From Escherichia phage HK75, in sequence record HM173637: DNA of 36,661 nucleotides; one strand, given 5' to 3'. The notes beneath the pieces were generated by a model. The model was not told where the DNA came from. It did not search any database and saw nothing but the letters and a program-made list of their open reading frames with translations. Numbering within the stretch: the first letter of the stretch is position 1; every line of letters starts with the position of its first letter. Shown one piece after another: positions 26,209 to 34,117 of this stretch. A program made the translations under genes and the position numbers.

Positions 26209-26566
26209 ACTCAATAAGCACCGTACGGTAGTTTACTGTACAATTTTATTTTTTGGACTGCATGTATTTTGTTTCCTAATGGGTTTGAATCTTTGCAATA
26301 AATACTTCTATTTTTTCGAACGACTTCTATATCAAAAAGCTGCTTTGCTTTTTGTGACTAAAAGCAAAAAAGCCTTCTCGCTAATGAGCAGCATTGCCGT
26401 TCATCCTGAACCCGCCGCGCTCCCGACGCATGGTTTAAAGACGCGCCGTTCGTCTATGGGCTTATGATGTACCTAAAGTTCATTAATGTAAAGTACCAGT
26501 AGTACATTTTATGGGTATAAAAAGCTCACTACATCATAAGTTAGTGAACTTTAAGGAAATTTATTT

Positions 26567-27274
26567 TTATCCGAATCGCTTGTAATCGATTGACTGCCTA
26601 ATGAGGACTTTGGCTAGAATGTGAAGTTGCTCTTCTTCACCTTCTTCTATGTACCATCGATCATAAGCGGCATTGTCAGAGATGACGGCAAGCCTGTTCT
26701 TTTGCATTTGCAGGCGCTTAACGTGCATTGTTTTCCCGTATACAAACACATAAATGCCATCGCCATCAAAACAGGTTATGGATACATCAACAAAGATCTC
26801 ATCTCCCGGATTGATGGTTCCCTCCATGCTGTCACCGCGAACCGTGATGACTTTTACGCTTTCCTGTGGCCTTCCATTAAATAAAATTCTTGCCTGCTCG
26901 GTCGTATATTCAATTGCTCTTATCTTTTCTATAAATTCATTGGAAACCATGGTTCCTGGCCCGGCGCTCGCCTGAACATCCAATACATCAACACGATAAG
27001 AATCATTTGATCTTGATAGATGATTTACCGTGATACCGTCATCATCAGCATAGCCATGCAGATATGCCGCAGTGGTTCCCAGCACCGAAGCCAGAGATTC
27101 CATCTTGTCTTTTCTTGGTATTGACTCCCCGTTGAACCATTTACTAATGGCTTTTGGTGTGACCTTAAGCCTGACAGCTAAATCAGCCTGCCTACCATGC
27201 AAAGGTAATCCCGCTTTATCACAGGTCAGCGCAAGCCTCTGCGAGAAAGTTTCACGCTCTTTCTGTTGAACCAT
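26567..27274 (-). CDS. cI: cI-like prophage repressor (HTH plus S24 LexA-type peptidase domain)
   Basis: 235 aa from ATG 27274; N-terminal HTH; C-terminal GDSM Ser and VKRL Lys dyad; start codon lies inside an operator repeat (leaderless-type). Confidence 0.85.
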   Translation of the reverse strand: MVQQKERETFSQRLALTCDKAGLPLHGRQADLAVRLKVTPKAISKWFNGESIPRKDKMESLASVLGTTAAYLHGYADDDGITVNHLSRSNDSYRVDVLDVQASAGPGTMVSNEFIEKIRAIEYTTEQARILFNGRPQESVKVITVRGDSMEGTINPGDEIFVDVSITCFDGDGIYVFVYGKTMHVKRLQMQKNRLAVISDNAAYDRWYIEEGEEEQLHILAKVLIRQSIDYKRFG

Positions 27275-27283
27275 AAGTTCAAC
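27267..27283. promoter_or_regulatory. Operator candidate OR-a
   Basis: TGAACCATAAGTTCAAC containing palindrome TGAAC-N5-GTTCA; identical core repeated at 27324-27340. Confidence 0.55.
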
Positions 27284-27294
27284 TATATTAGGTA

Positions 27295-27323
27295 TTGACT
27301 GTACTATCAGTTCCGTCATAATA
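27295..27323 (+). promoter_or_regulatory. pR-like promoter for cro
   Basis: TTGACT (-35), 17-bp spacer, ATAATA (-10); next operator copy overlaps the predicted start site. Confidence 0.55.
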
Positions 27324-27340
27324 TGAACCATAAGTTCACC
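27324..27340. promoter_or_regulatory. Operator candidate OR-b
   Basis: TGAACCATAAGTTCACC, second copy of the 15-bp palindromic core. Confidence 0.55.
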
Positions 27341-27353
27341 ACAGGAGAGAAGC

Positions 27354-27575
27354 ATGAACGAAGTTACGTTTGCAGACGTTATCAAATCCGTTCGAGTTTC
27401 TGTTGTGGCTGAGGTTTGTGGCCTGACTCCAAAAGCCGTTTACAAGTGGCTGGAGAAAGGGGGATTGCCGCGTACAGAATTCACTGATGAAACTGACTAC
27501 GCGAAAAAAATCTCTCGTGCATCTGGCGGCAAATTCTCAACCGCACTGATTAAGCGAGTCGGAAAAGCAGCATAA
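27354..27575 (+). CDS. cro: Cro-like repressor
   Basis: 73 aa, divergent from cI, AGGAG RBS, HTH segment AEVCGLTPKAVYKWL. Confidence 0.7.
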   Translation: MNEVTFADVIKSVRVSVVAEVCGLTPKAVYKWLEKGGLPRTEFTDETDYAKKISRASGGKFSTALIKRVGKAA

Positions 27576-27704
27576 GCACGTTTTTAAAATGTACTTTTAG
27601 TTCCGAACGGCCCGGTATATGGTCGGGTGCCCGGCGTGGTCAAGGATGACTGTCAATGGTGCACGATAAAAACCCAAATTATTTACCTATGGAGATAGTA
27701 AGAA

Positions 27705-28001
27705 ATGGCACAAGCAAGCTACAGCAAGCCAACACAGCGAGAAATTGATCGCGCTGAAACTGATTTACTCATCAACCTGTCAACGCTTACCCAGCGCGGT
27801 CTGGCAAAGATGATTGGCTGTCATGAATCGAAGATAAGCAGAACGGACTGGAGATTTATTGCTTCGGTCTTGTGTGCTTTCGGAATGGCATCAGACATCA
27901 GTCCGATTAGCAGGGCTTTTAAGTATGCATTGGATGGAATCGCAAAGAAAAAATCCCCGGCTGCCACCGAGGATTTTAAGCAAATTGATATGCAATTCTG
28001 A
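27705..28001 (+). CDS. cII: cII-like transcriptional activator
   Basis: 98 aa; C-terminal KKSPAATEDFKQIDMQF close to recalled lambda cII C-terminus; HTH LAKMIGCHESKISR. Confidence 0.75.
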   Translation: MAQASYSKPTQREIDRAETDLLINLSTLTQRGLAKMIGCHESKISRTDWRFIASVLCAFGMASDISPISRAFKYALDGIAKKKSPAATEDFKQIDMQF

Positions 28002-28033
28002 GGGAATTACTGGATCAATCCACAGGAGTAATT

Positions 28034-28195
28034 ATGACAAAACGTCGTAAGAAATACCAGGAAAAAGAAGAGATTCGACACCCTGATTCACCTGAGGGAT
28101 TAGTGGTAGCCGCAGCAAATAACAGGGCGTTCGCAGAGCGCCTTGTTGGTGTTTACAGACTAGCCAAAGCAGGAGTGAAACATGGGCGTCGTTAA
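28034..28195 (+). CDS. Small basic protein (53 aa), unknown
   Basis: ATG with GGAG RBS (28025-28028); Lys/Arg-rich N-terminus; below the ORF-track size cutoff. Confidence 0.3.
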   Translation: MTKRRKKYQEKEEIRHPDSPEGLVVAAANNRAFAERLVGVYRLAKAGVKHGRR

Positions 28196-28244
28196 GTTAG
28201 CTGATTACAGGCATAACCCTGTACAACATCAGGAGGCATCCAGT

Positions 28245-29072
28245 ATGGGGTATGTCTCTATACACCGCCAGTTTATGGACAGCAGGCTCTATAAGGACTC
28301 TCAGGCAGTACATCTTTGGCTTCACTTAATTCTCAAGGCTAATCACGAATCTACTGTCGTCAATACGGATATCGGGCCGATAACTGTTGATCGCGGTCAG
28401 ATGATAACTGGACGCCCGTCGCTGGTCAGAGAAACATTCATCCCCGACAACAAAGTTCGGAGCTTATTACGGACTTTTGAGTCGAAAGGGATGCTTAATA
28501 TTTGCTCGATGGGGAAGAAATTTAGCCTGTTTACAATCGTTAAATATGACGATTTTCAGGCAAAAAATTGTCCAACGGTTGTCCAACGGTTGTCCAACGC
28601 AAACACCAGTAATGGCGCGGCTCTCAGCGGAGATTGTCCAACGGTTGTCCAACGGTTGTCCATAAACAATAATATAAATAATATCTCTAATACTGACGTA
28701 TTAGAGAGTGCCACAGCAGACAAAAAGTCTGACAAGAAAAAACCTTCCGTTAGCTGTCAGGATGTTGTCGATGCTTACCACGAAATCCTTCCTGAAGCGC
28801 CAAAAATCCGCGCACTGAATGACAAGCGTAAAAACCAGATCCGAACGTTCTGGCGCAAAGCCGGAGTGATAACCCGCCAGCTTGACGGGCATGGGTTCAC
28901 GATGCAGGACTGGAGAAATTATTTGAGCTACGTAGGCGAAAATTGTCGATGGATGTTCGAAGAGCGTCCAAACCATCAACGCGGAACTGTCTGGCACAAA
29001 AAGGGATTTGATTTCCTGCTTAACGACAATACCTACCTGAAAGTTCGTGAGGGTGAACACGATGACCGATAA
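28245..29072 (+). CDS. Replication initiator (lambda O / P22 gp18-like) containing the origin iterons
   Basis: ATG 28245 with AGGAGG RBS; two clusters of three 11-bp iterons inside the coding region followed by an AT-rich stretch. Confidence 0.7.
   Translation: MGYVSIHRQFMDSRLYKDSQAVHLWLHLILKANHESTVVNTDIGPITVDRGQMITGRPSLVRETFIPDNKVRSLLRTFESKGMLNICSMGKKFSLFTIVKYDDFQAKNCPTVVQRLSNANTSNGAALSGDCPTVVQRLSINNNINNISNTDVLESATADKKSDKKKPSVSCQDVVDAYHEILPEAPKIRALNDKRKNQIRTFWRKAGVITRQLDGHGFTMQDWRNYLSYVGENCRWMFEERPNHQRGTVWHKKGFDFLLNDNTYLKVREGEHDDR
28568..28600 (+). repeat. ori iteron cluster 1 (3 x TTGTCCAACGG)
   Basis: Three tandem 11-bp direct repeats. Confidence 0.8.
28634..28666 (+). repeat. ori iteron cluster 2 (2 x TTGTCCAACGG plus degenerate TTGTCCATAAA) followed by AT-rich region
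   Basis: Tandem 11-bp direct repeats 33 bp after cluster 1; AT-rich 28667-28700. Confidence 0.8.
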
Positions 29073-30498
29073 TTTTTATGCGCCGCCCCATAGCATCGAG
29101 GCAGAGCAGGCGGTGATTGGTGGATTGCTTCTGGATGATGACAGCAGTGAGCGCGTCCAGAAAGTTCTGGCGATGCTGAAGCCTGATTCATTTTACAGCC
29201 GACCACACAAAATCCTTTTCGAAGAAATAACCAGAATGCACCGGGAGCAAAAGCCAGTAGATGGCCTGACGCTTTTCGATGAACTGGAGCGTAAATCGTT
29301 AACGGCGTCTGTTGGCGGTTTTGCTTATATCGCTGAGATCGCAAAGAGCACGCCAAGCGCAGCAAACATCGTTGCCTATGCAATGCAGGTTCGTGAAACC
29401 GCAATGGAACGCTACGCCATCAACCGCATGACTGAAGCGACGGAATTGCTCTATTCCCGCAACGGAATGACTGCAACGCAGAAGTACGAAGCTATTCAGT
29501 CGATTTTCACGCAACTGACAGACCATGCAAAAACAGGATCGCGTCGCGGCCTTCGCTCATTTGGTGAGGTCATGGAAGACTGGGTTAGCGACCTTGAGAA
29601 GCGATTTGACCCGTCAGGCGAACAACGAGGAATGAGCACAGGGATCCCATCGCTGGACAGGATGCTGTCACCGAAAGGTCTGGTGAAAGGCTCTCTGTTT
29701 GTCATTGGTGCTCGCCCTAAGATGGGGAAAACGACGCTATACAGCCAGATGGCAATCAACTGCGCAGTGCATGAGAAAAAGCCCGCTCTTATGTTCAGCC
29801 TTGAAATGCCAGGTGACCAGATACTGGAAAAACTGGTAGGGCAGAAGTCTGGTGTTAACCCGAATATTTTTTACCTTCCGGCGACAAATGACGCTGATGA
29901 CGGCTATCAGGGTGATTACGATGGTGACTTCAACAGGGCGATCGAAACAGCCAATCGCTTGAGTGAAATCGACCTGCTTTACATCGACGACACGCCGGGA
30001 TTATCTCTGGCTCAAATCGTCAGCGAAAGTCGTCGAATCAAGCGAGAAAAAGGATGTGTTGGCATGATTCTGGTCGATTACCTGACACTAATGACCGCTG
30101 AAAAGGCCGATCGCAACGACCTTGCTTACGGCATGATCACCAAAGGACTGAAGAACCTTGCCAAAGAGCTTGATTGCGTTGTTGTGCTTCTGACACAGCT
30201 TAACCGCGCACTGGAAAGCCGAACCAATAAACGCCCATTACCAAGTGACTCACGAGATACAGGGCAGATTGAACAGGATTGCGATTATTGGGTGGGGATC
30301 CATCGTGAAGGCGCTTTTGATGACAGTGTTCCACCTGGTGAAACTGAACTAATCCTTCGTCTCAATCGTCATGGCAATACCGGCACGGTGTATTGCATTC
30401 AGGCAAATGGCGCTATTTATGACACCGACCAACAGTCTGCTGAAATGCGCCGCCGTGAACGCGAGGAACCGCAGTCCAAGAAGAAAGGAGGATTCTGA
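29062..30498 (+). CDS. Replicative DNA helicase (DnaB family)
   Basis: About 479 aa; Walker A GARPKMGKT; DnaB N-terminal IEAEQAVIGGLL; start overlaps the initiator gene end. Confidence 0.85.
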   Translation: MTDNFYAPPHSIEAEQAVIGGLLLDDDSSERVQKVLAMLKPDSFYSRPHKILFEEITRMHREQKPVDGLTLFDELERKSLTASVGGFAYIAEIAKSTPSAANIVAYAMQVRETAMERYAINRMTEATELLYSRNGMTATQKYEAIQSIFTQLTDHAKTGSRRGLRSFGEVMEDWVSDLEKRFDPSGEQRGMSTGIPSLDRMLSPKGLVKGSLFVIGARPKMGKTTLYSQMAINCAVHEKKPALMFSLEMPGDQILEKLVGQKSGVNPNIFYLPATNDADDGYQGDYDGDFNRAIETANRLSEIDLLYIDDTPGLSLAQIVSESRRIKREKGCVGMILVDYLTLMTAEKADRNDLAYGMITKGLKNLAKELDCVVVLLTQLNRALESRTNKRPLPSDSRDTGQIEQDCDYWVGIHREGAFDDSVPPGETELILRLNRHGNTGTVYCIQANGAIYDTDQQSAEMRRREREEPQSKKKGGF

Positions 30499-30573
30499 TG
30501 ACCATCTACATCACTGAGCTAATAACAGGCCTGCTGGTAATCGCAGGCCTTTTTATTTGGGGGAGAGTAAATC

Positions 30574-30780
30574 GTGGCTGAGTTGATTTTCTCTGCATTG
30601 AGGATTCTCGGTGCTATGTGGATGGTGGCGACGTTCATTGTGGTTGCCAGCAGTTTTGTCCGGTTGGTAGGCGAAGGTAAAGACCTGGTTGGTGTGCTTT
30701 TCGGTAGCATTTTTCTGTGGGTGATTATCGGTGTTATGCCTGTCGCTGTAGCAAAAATGGCGTGGCGTTTTGTTAGTTGA
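30574..30780 (+). CDS. Small two-helix membrane protein, unknown
   Basis: 68 aa hydrophobic ORF (GTG start) after the helicase gene; a 27-codon hydrophobic ORF (30498-30581) precedes it. Confidence 0.3.
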   Translation: MAELIFSALRILGAMWMVATFIVVASSFVRLVGEGKDLVGVLFGSIFLWVIIGVMPVAVAKMAWRFVS

Positions 30781-30787
30781 GGTGACA

Positions 30788-31198
30788 ATGAAGCAAACAA
30801 TCTTCCTCCGAACTAAGCAACAACAGCAAGCTGCAATAAATGCCATCCTCGCAACACCACTCGATAAAGACAAGCCAGTCACCATCCGCATTACTGACTA
30901 CAAGCGCAACCTTGACCAGAACGCAAAATTTCACGTGATGCTGGCGGATATCGCTCGTCAGGTTCAATGGTGCGGCAAATGGTTAAAACCGGAACAATGG
31001 AAGGTTTTGTTGATCAGCGGTCATGCAGTGGCTACAAAGCAGGAAGCTGATGTTTTGCCCGGCCTTGAAGGCGAATACGTCAACATTCGCGAAAGCAGCG
31101 CGCAGATGAGCGTGAAGCGCATGGCAAGCCTGATTGAGTACACGACAGCATGGGCTATTGGTCAGGGTGTCAGATTTACCGACAGGAGGTACGAATGA
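30788..31198 (+). CDS. ninB: NinB recombination protein
   Basis: 136 aa from ATG 30788 (GAGGTGA RBS); core [33 protein letters not shown] resembles recalled lambda NinB. Confidence 0.8.
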   Translation: MKQTIFLRTKQQQQAAINAILATPLDKDKPVTIRITDYKRNLDQNAKFHVMLADIARQVQWCGKWLKPEQWKVLLISGHAVATKQEADVLPGLEGEYVNIRESSAQMSVKRMASLIEYTTAWAIGQGVRFTDRRYE

Positions 31199-31377
31199 GA
31201 CGACAACGACGAAGTTTCACCGACACCATCTGCGAAAACTGCAAATACCTTCCAACCAAACGCACCAGAAATAAACGCAAGCCAATCCCAAAAGAATCTG
31301 ACGTAAAAACCTTCAACTACACGGCTCACCTGTGGGATATCCGGTGGCTTAGAGAACGTGCGAGGAATACAAGGTGA
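31195..31377 (+). CDS. ninE: NinE-like protein
   Basis: 60 aa starting [18 protein letters not shown]; AGGAGG RBS; ATGA overlap with the ninB stop. Confidence 0.55.
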   Translation: MRRQRRSFTDTICENCKYLPTKRTRNKRKPIPKESDVKTFNYTAHLWDIRWLRERARNTR

Positions 31378-31544
31378 TTGACCCAAATCGAAGTTACGAA
31401 CAAGAAAGCGTCGAGCGGGCTTTAACGTGCGCTAACTGCGGTCAGAAGCTGCATGTGCTGGAAGTTCACGTGTGTGAGCACTGCTGCGCAGAACTGATGA
31501 GCGATCCGAATAGCTCAATGTACGAGGAAGAAGACGATGAGTGA
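31374..31544 (+). CDS. ninF: NinF-like zinc-ribbon protein
   Basis: 56 aa with CxxC...CxxC; GTG start overlapping the ninE stop; not in ORF track (<60 aa). Confidence 0.45.
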   Translation: MIDPNRSYEQESVERALTCANCGQKLHVLEVHVCEHCCAELMSDPNSSMYEEEDDE

Positions 31545-32259
31545 GTTAATGAATGGCAATGCCATCAAAATGACAAGCATTGAAATCGCTGAGTTGGTGG
31601 GTAAGCGTCATGACAATGTGAAACGTACCATCGAAACGCTGGCTAAAAATGGTGTTATCCGGCTTCCTCAAATTGAGGTTTCCGAAAGAATCAATAACTT
31701 AGGATTCAATGTTCAGTACGAGCATTACGTATTCGAAGGCGAACAAGGTAAGCGAGATAGTATTGTTGTTGTAGCCCAGTTGTCGCCGGAATTCACCGCT
31801 CGCCTTGTTGACCGCTGGCGAGAACTTGAAGACGCTGCGGTTAATATCCCCAAAACGCTACCAGAAGCGTTGCGCCTTGCTGCTGATCTTGCTGAGCAGA
31901 AAATGCAACTGGAAAACCAGCTCGCAATTGCCGCACCTAAAGTTGAGTTTGCCGATCGCGTTGGCGAGGCCAGTGGAATTTTGATTGGAAACTTTGCAAA
32001 GGTTGTTGGAATTGGTCCAAACAAACTGTTTGCGTGGATGCGCGATCACAAAATCCTTATTGCTTCAGGTTCCCGGCGCAATGTGCCAATGCAGGAATAT
32101 ATGGATCGCGGCTATTTCACAGTGAAAGAAACAGCGGTCAACACAAATCACGGAATACAGATATCGTTCACCACAAAAATCACCGGACGTGGCCAACAGT
32201 GGCTGACCAGAAAGCTGCTCGATAACGGAATGCTGAAAGTAACAGGGGAGGCTGCTTAA
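31537..32259 (+). CDS. Rha-family regulator / antirepressor (Rha N-domain plus ANT/KilAC C-domain)
   Basis: N-terminus MTSIEIAELVGKRHDNVKRTI typical of Rha; C-terminal FAKVVGIGPNKLFAWMRDHKIL typical of the ANT domain. Confidence 0.7.
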   Translation: MSELMNGNAIKMTSIEIAELVGKRHDNVKRTIETLAKNGVIRLPQIEVSERINNLGFNVQYEHYVFEGEQGKRDSIVVVAQLSPEFTARLVDRWRELEDAAVNIPKTLPEALRLAADLAEQKMQLENQLAIAAPKVEFADRVGEASGILIGNFAKVVGIGPNKLFAWMRDHKILIASGSRRNVPMQEYMDRGYFTVKETAVNTNHGIQISFTTKITGRGQQWLTRKLLDNGMLKVTGEAA

Positions 32260-32549
32260 TGGCTAACCTACGCAAAGAAGCACGCGGCAGAGAATGCCAG
32301 GTACGTATTTACGGCGTATGCAATGGCAACCCTGAAACTACAGTTCTGGCACATTACCGGATGGCTGGAATTTGCGGAACGGGAATGAAGCCTGACGACC
32401 TGATCGGCGCATGGGCTTGTAGCGCGTGTCACGATGAAATCGACCGACGCACCCATAACCTCGACAACAAAGACGCCAGACTTTACCACCTCGAAGGCGT
32501 GATCAGGACGCAGGCGATACTGCTGAAGGAGGGAAAGATTAAGCCATGA
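32259..32549 (+). CDS. DUF1364-type protein (YbcO-like)
   Basis: 96 aa, RGRECQVRIYGVCNGNPETTVLAH...ACSACHDEIDRRTH resembles recalled E. coli DLP12 YbcO; directly upstream of rusA as in DLP12. Confidence 0.65.
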   Translation: MANLRKEARGRECQVRIYGVCNGNPETTVLAHYRMAGICGTGMKPDDLIGAWACSACHDEIDRRTHNLDNKDARLYHLEGVIRTQAILLKEGKIKP

Positions 32550-32908
32550 ACGAATATCAGTTTGTGCTTCCATACCCGCCGTCGGTGAATACCTACTGGC
32601 GAAGACGAGGAAGCCAATACTACATCAGCGATAAAGGCCAGAAATACCGAAAAGACGTTCAGCAAATCATCCGCCAACTTAAGTTAGACATTTTCACCAA
32701 ATCACGACTCCGCATCAAAGTCATCGCAGACGTTCCAGACTCCCGCCGCCGCGACCTCGATAACATCCTGAAAGGTTTACTCGACTCACTTATCCACGCC
32801 GGATTTGCGGAAGACGACGAGCAATTCGATGACATTCGCGTAATTCGTGGTGTGAAAGTACCAGGCGGACGGCTTGGAATAAAAATCACCGAACTGGAGA
32901 ACGCATGA
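32546..32908 (+). CDS. rusA: RusA Holliday junction resolvase
   Basis: 120 aa, conserved DSRRRDLDNILKGLLDSL and C-terminal GGRLGIKITE. Confidence 0.85.
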   Translation: MNEYQFVLPYPPSVNTYWRRRGSQYYISDKGQKYRKDVQQIIRQLKLDIFTKSRLRIKVIADVPDSRRRDLDNILKGLLDSLIHAGFAEDDEQFDDIRVIRGVKVPGGRLGIKITELENA

Positions 32909-33093
32909 ACGCCACAATTCAAACGATACCAGAGCTTCTTATCCAGACGCGAGGCAATCAGACCGAAGTGGCGAGGATGCTTTCCTGCGCAAGAGGAACA
33001 GTGCTCAAGTACAACCGAGACAGCAAAGGCGAGCGTCACGTAATAGTTAACGGCGTCCTGATGGTCAAACAGGGCAAAAGGGGAAGACGATGA
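32905..33093 (+). CDS. ninH: NinH-like small DNA-binding protein
   Basis: 62 aa, GNQTEVARMLSCARGTVLKY resembles recalled lambda NinH. Confidence 0.55.
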   Translation: MNATIQTIPELLIQTRGNQTEVARMLSCARGTVLKYNRDSKGERHVIVNGVLMVKQGKRGRR

Positions 33094-33608
33094 GCATAAG
33101 AGAGCTAAACCTCACCAAAGAACAGCACGATTGGCTGAATTGCTGGCTTGAACTGTGGGGCGCATGGGTTTATTCAGGTCGTCTGGAAAAGCGCATGAGC
33201 AGCGTAATAGCGAAGTTCATGGAGAGCGTAGAGCCGGGAAGAGTTATGACAAGGCCAATGTGCAATGATGATGATGGAATGTTGATTTCTCAGGTCGTCG
33301 ATTCCGTCATGTACATTGACAAGAAAGCCTTCGGCATCCTCCTCAGCTACTACGCTCATGGTTCATCTAAGCGAGCAATTGCATCCTACTATCACGCGAC
33401 TGCAAAGCCACGCAAGATGTGTGGACGTGGTGGCGAGGGATGGAGAAAACCTTCACTGGCAACCTGTAGAAACGAAATTGACGACATCCTGAAAGCGTCG
33501 TTATTTGTTTTGTACCAGCCAATGCAAAATGCTTTCAAAATGCGTAAACGTGTTGAGAAAGTTAAGCATGTTGCTGTTAAAAGCCTTGACATGCAATTAT
33601 CCATTTAG
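33090..33608 (+). CDS. Putative late-gene antiterminator (Q-like)
   Basis: 172 aa, last gene before a strong promoter-hairpin-T-run unit and the lysis cassette; several Cys; position-based call. Confidence 0.4.
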   Translation: MSIRELNLTKEQHDWLNCWLELWGAWVYSGRLEKRMSSVIAKFMESVEPGRVMTRPMCNDDDGMLISQVVDSVMYIDKKAFGILLSYYAHGSSKRAIASYYHATAKPRKMCGRGGEGWRKPSLATCRNEIDDILKASLFVLYQPMQNAFKMRKRVEKVKHVAVKSLDMQLSI

Positions 33609-33615
33609 CCATAAT
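33586..33615 (+). promoter_or_regulatory. pR'-like late promoter
   Basis: TTGACA (33586-33591), 18-bp spacer, CATAAT (33610-33615). Confidence 0.45.
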
Positions 33616-33625
33616 TAGAAGGTAA

Positions 33626-33667
33626 GCTGCCGTTAGTGACTCTTAAGTTGCAACGGTGGCTTTTTTT
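33626..33667 (+). terminator. tR'-like terminator shortly downstream of the late promoter
   Basis: GC-containing inverted repeat (GCCGTT...AACGGTGGC) followed by TTTTTTTGTTTG. Confidence 0.4.
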
Positions 33668-33745
33668 GTTTGCACAACAGGTAAGAGCATTGAACCCGCA
33701 GACCTCGCGGAATTGGTGAAAGGTGCCGCGCAGTGCTCTTATCGA

Positions 33746-33872
33746 TGTGGTGAAGCTCAATGGCGAGCTAACAGATAGGCGACAGTGAAAATACTAGTCA
33801 TGTAGCTGACCGCCGCGCGTACTGCAATCGGCAGCGCACCGATGGAAGCCGGTTCGATTCCGGCCGCCACAA
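33746..33872 (+). pseudogene. tRNA-like element / disrupted tRNA (all four arms present, ~59-nt insertion between D-arm and anticodon arm)
   Basis: Acceptor TGTGGTG pairs 7/7 with CGCCACA; D-arm GCTC-AATGGC-GAGC; anticodon-like arm ATCGG-CAGCGCA-CCGAT; T-arm GCCGG-TTCGATT-CCGGC; lacks U8 and U33. Confidence 0.3.
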
Positions 33873-34117
33873 CCCAAACTGAGCCGTAGCCACTGGCTAT
33901 CCTGAATTCATCAGTGATAGTTACGCTGCGGCCTTCTACACATGACCTTCGTGAAAGCGGGTGGCAAGAGGCTGCGCTAACAACCTCCTGCCGTTTTGCC
34001 AGTGCATATCGGTCACGAACAAATCTGATTACTAAACACAGTAACCTGGATTTGTTCTATCAGTAATCGACCTTATTCCTAATTAAATAGAGCAAATCCC
34101 CTTATTGGGGGTAAGAC

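Noticed and set aside
26279-26467. 62-aa plus-strand ORF in the cI/N-like intergenic region
   Set aside because: Lies in AT-rich regulatory DNA with no RBS and low-complexity translation; more likely promoter/operator sequence.
28568-28666. Possible CRISPR array (short direct repeats)
   Set aside because: Repeats are 11 bp, directly tandem without spacers in each cluster, and lie inside the initiator gene; this is an iteron-type origin, not CRISPR.
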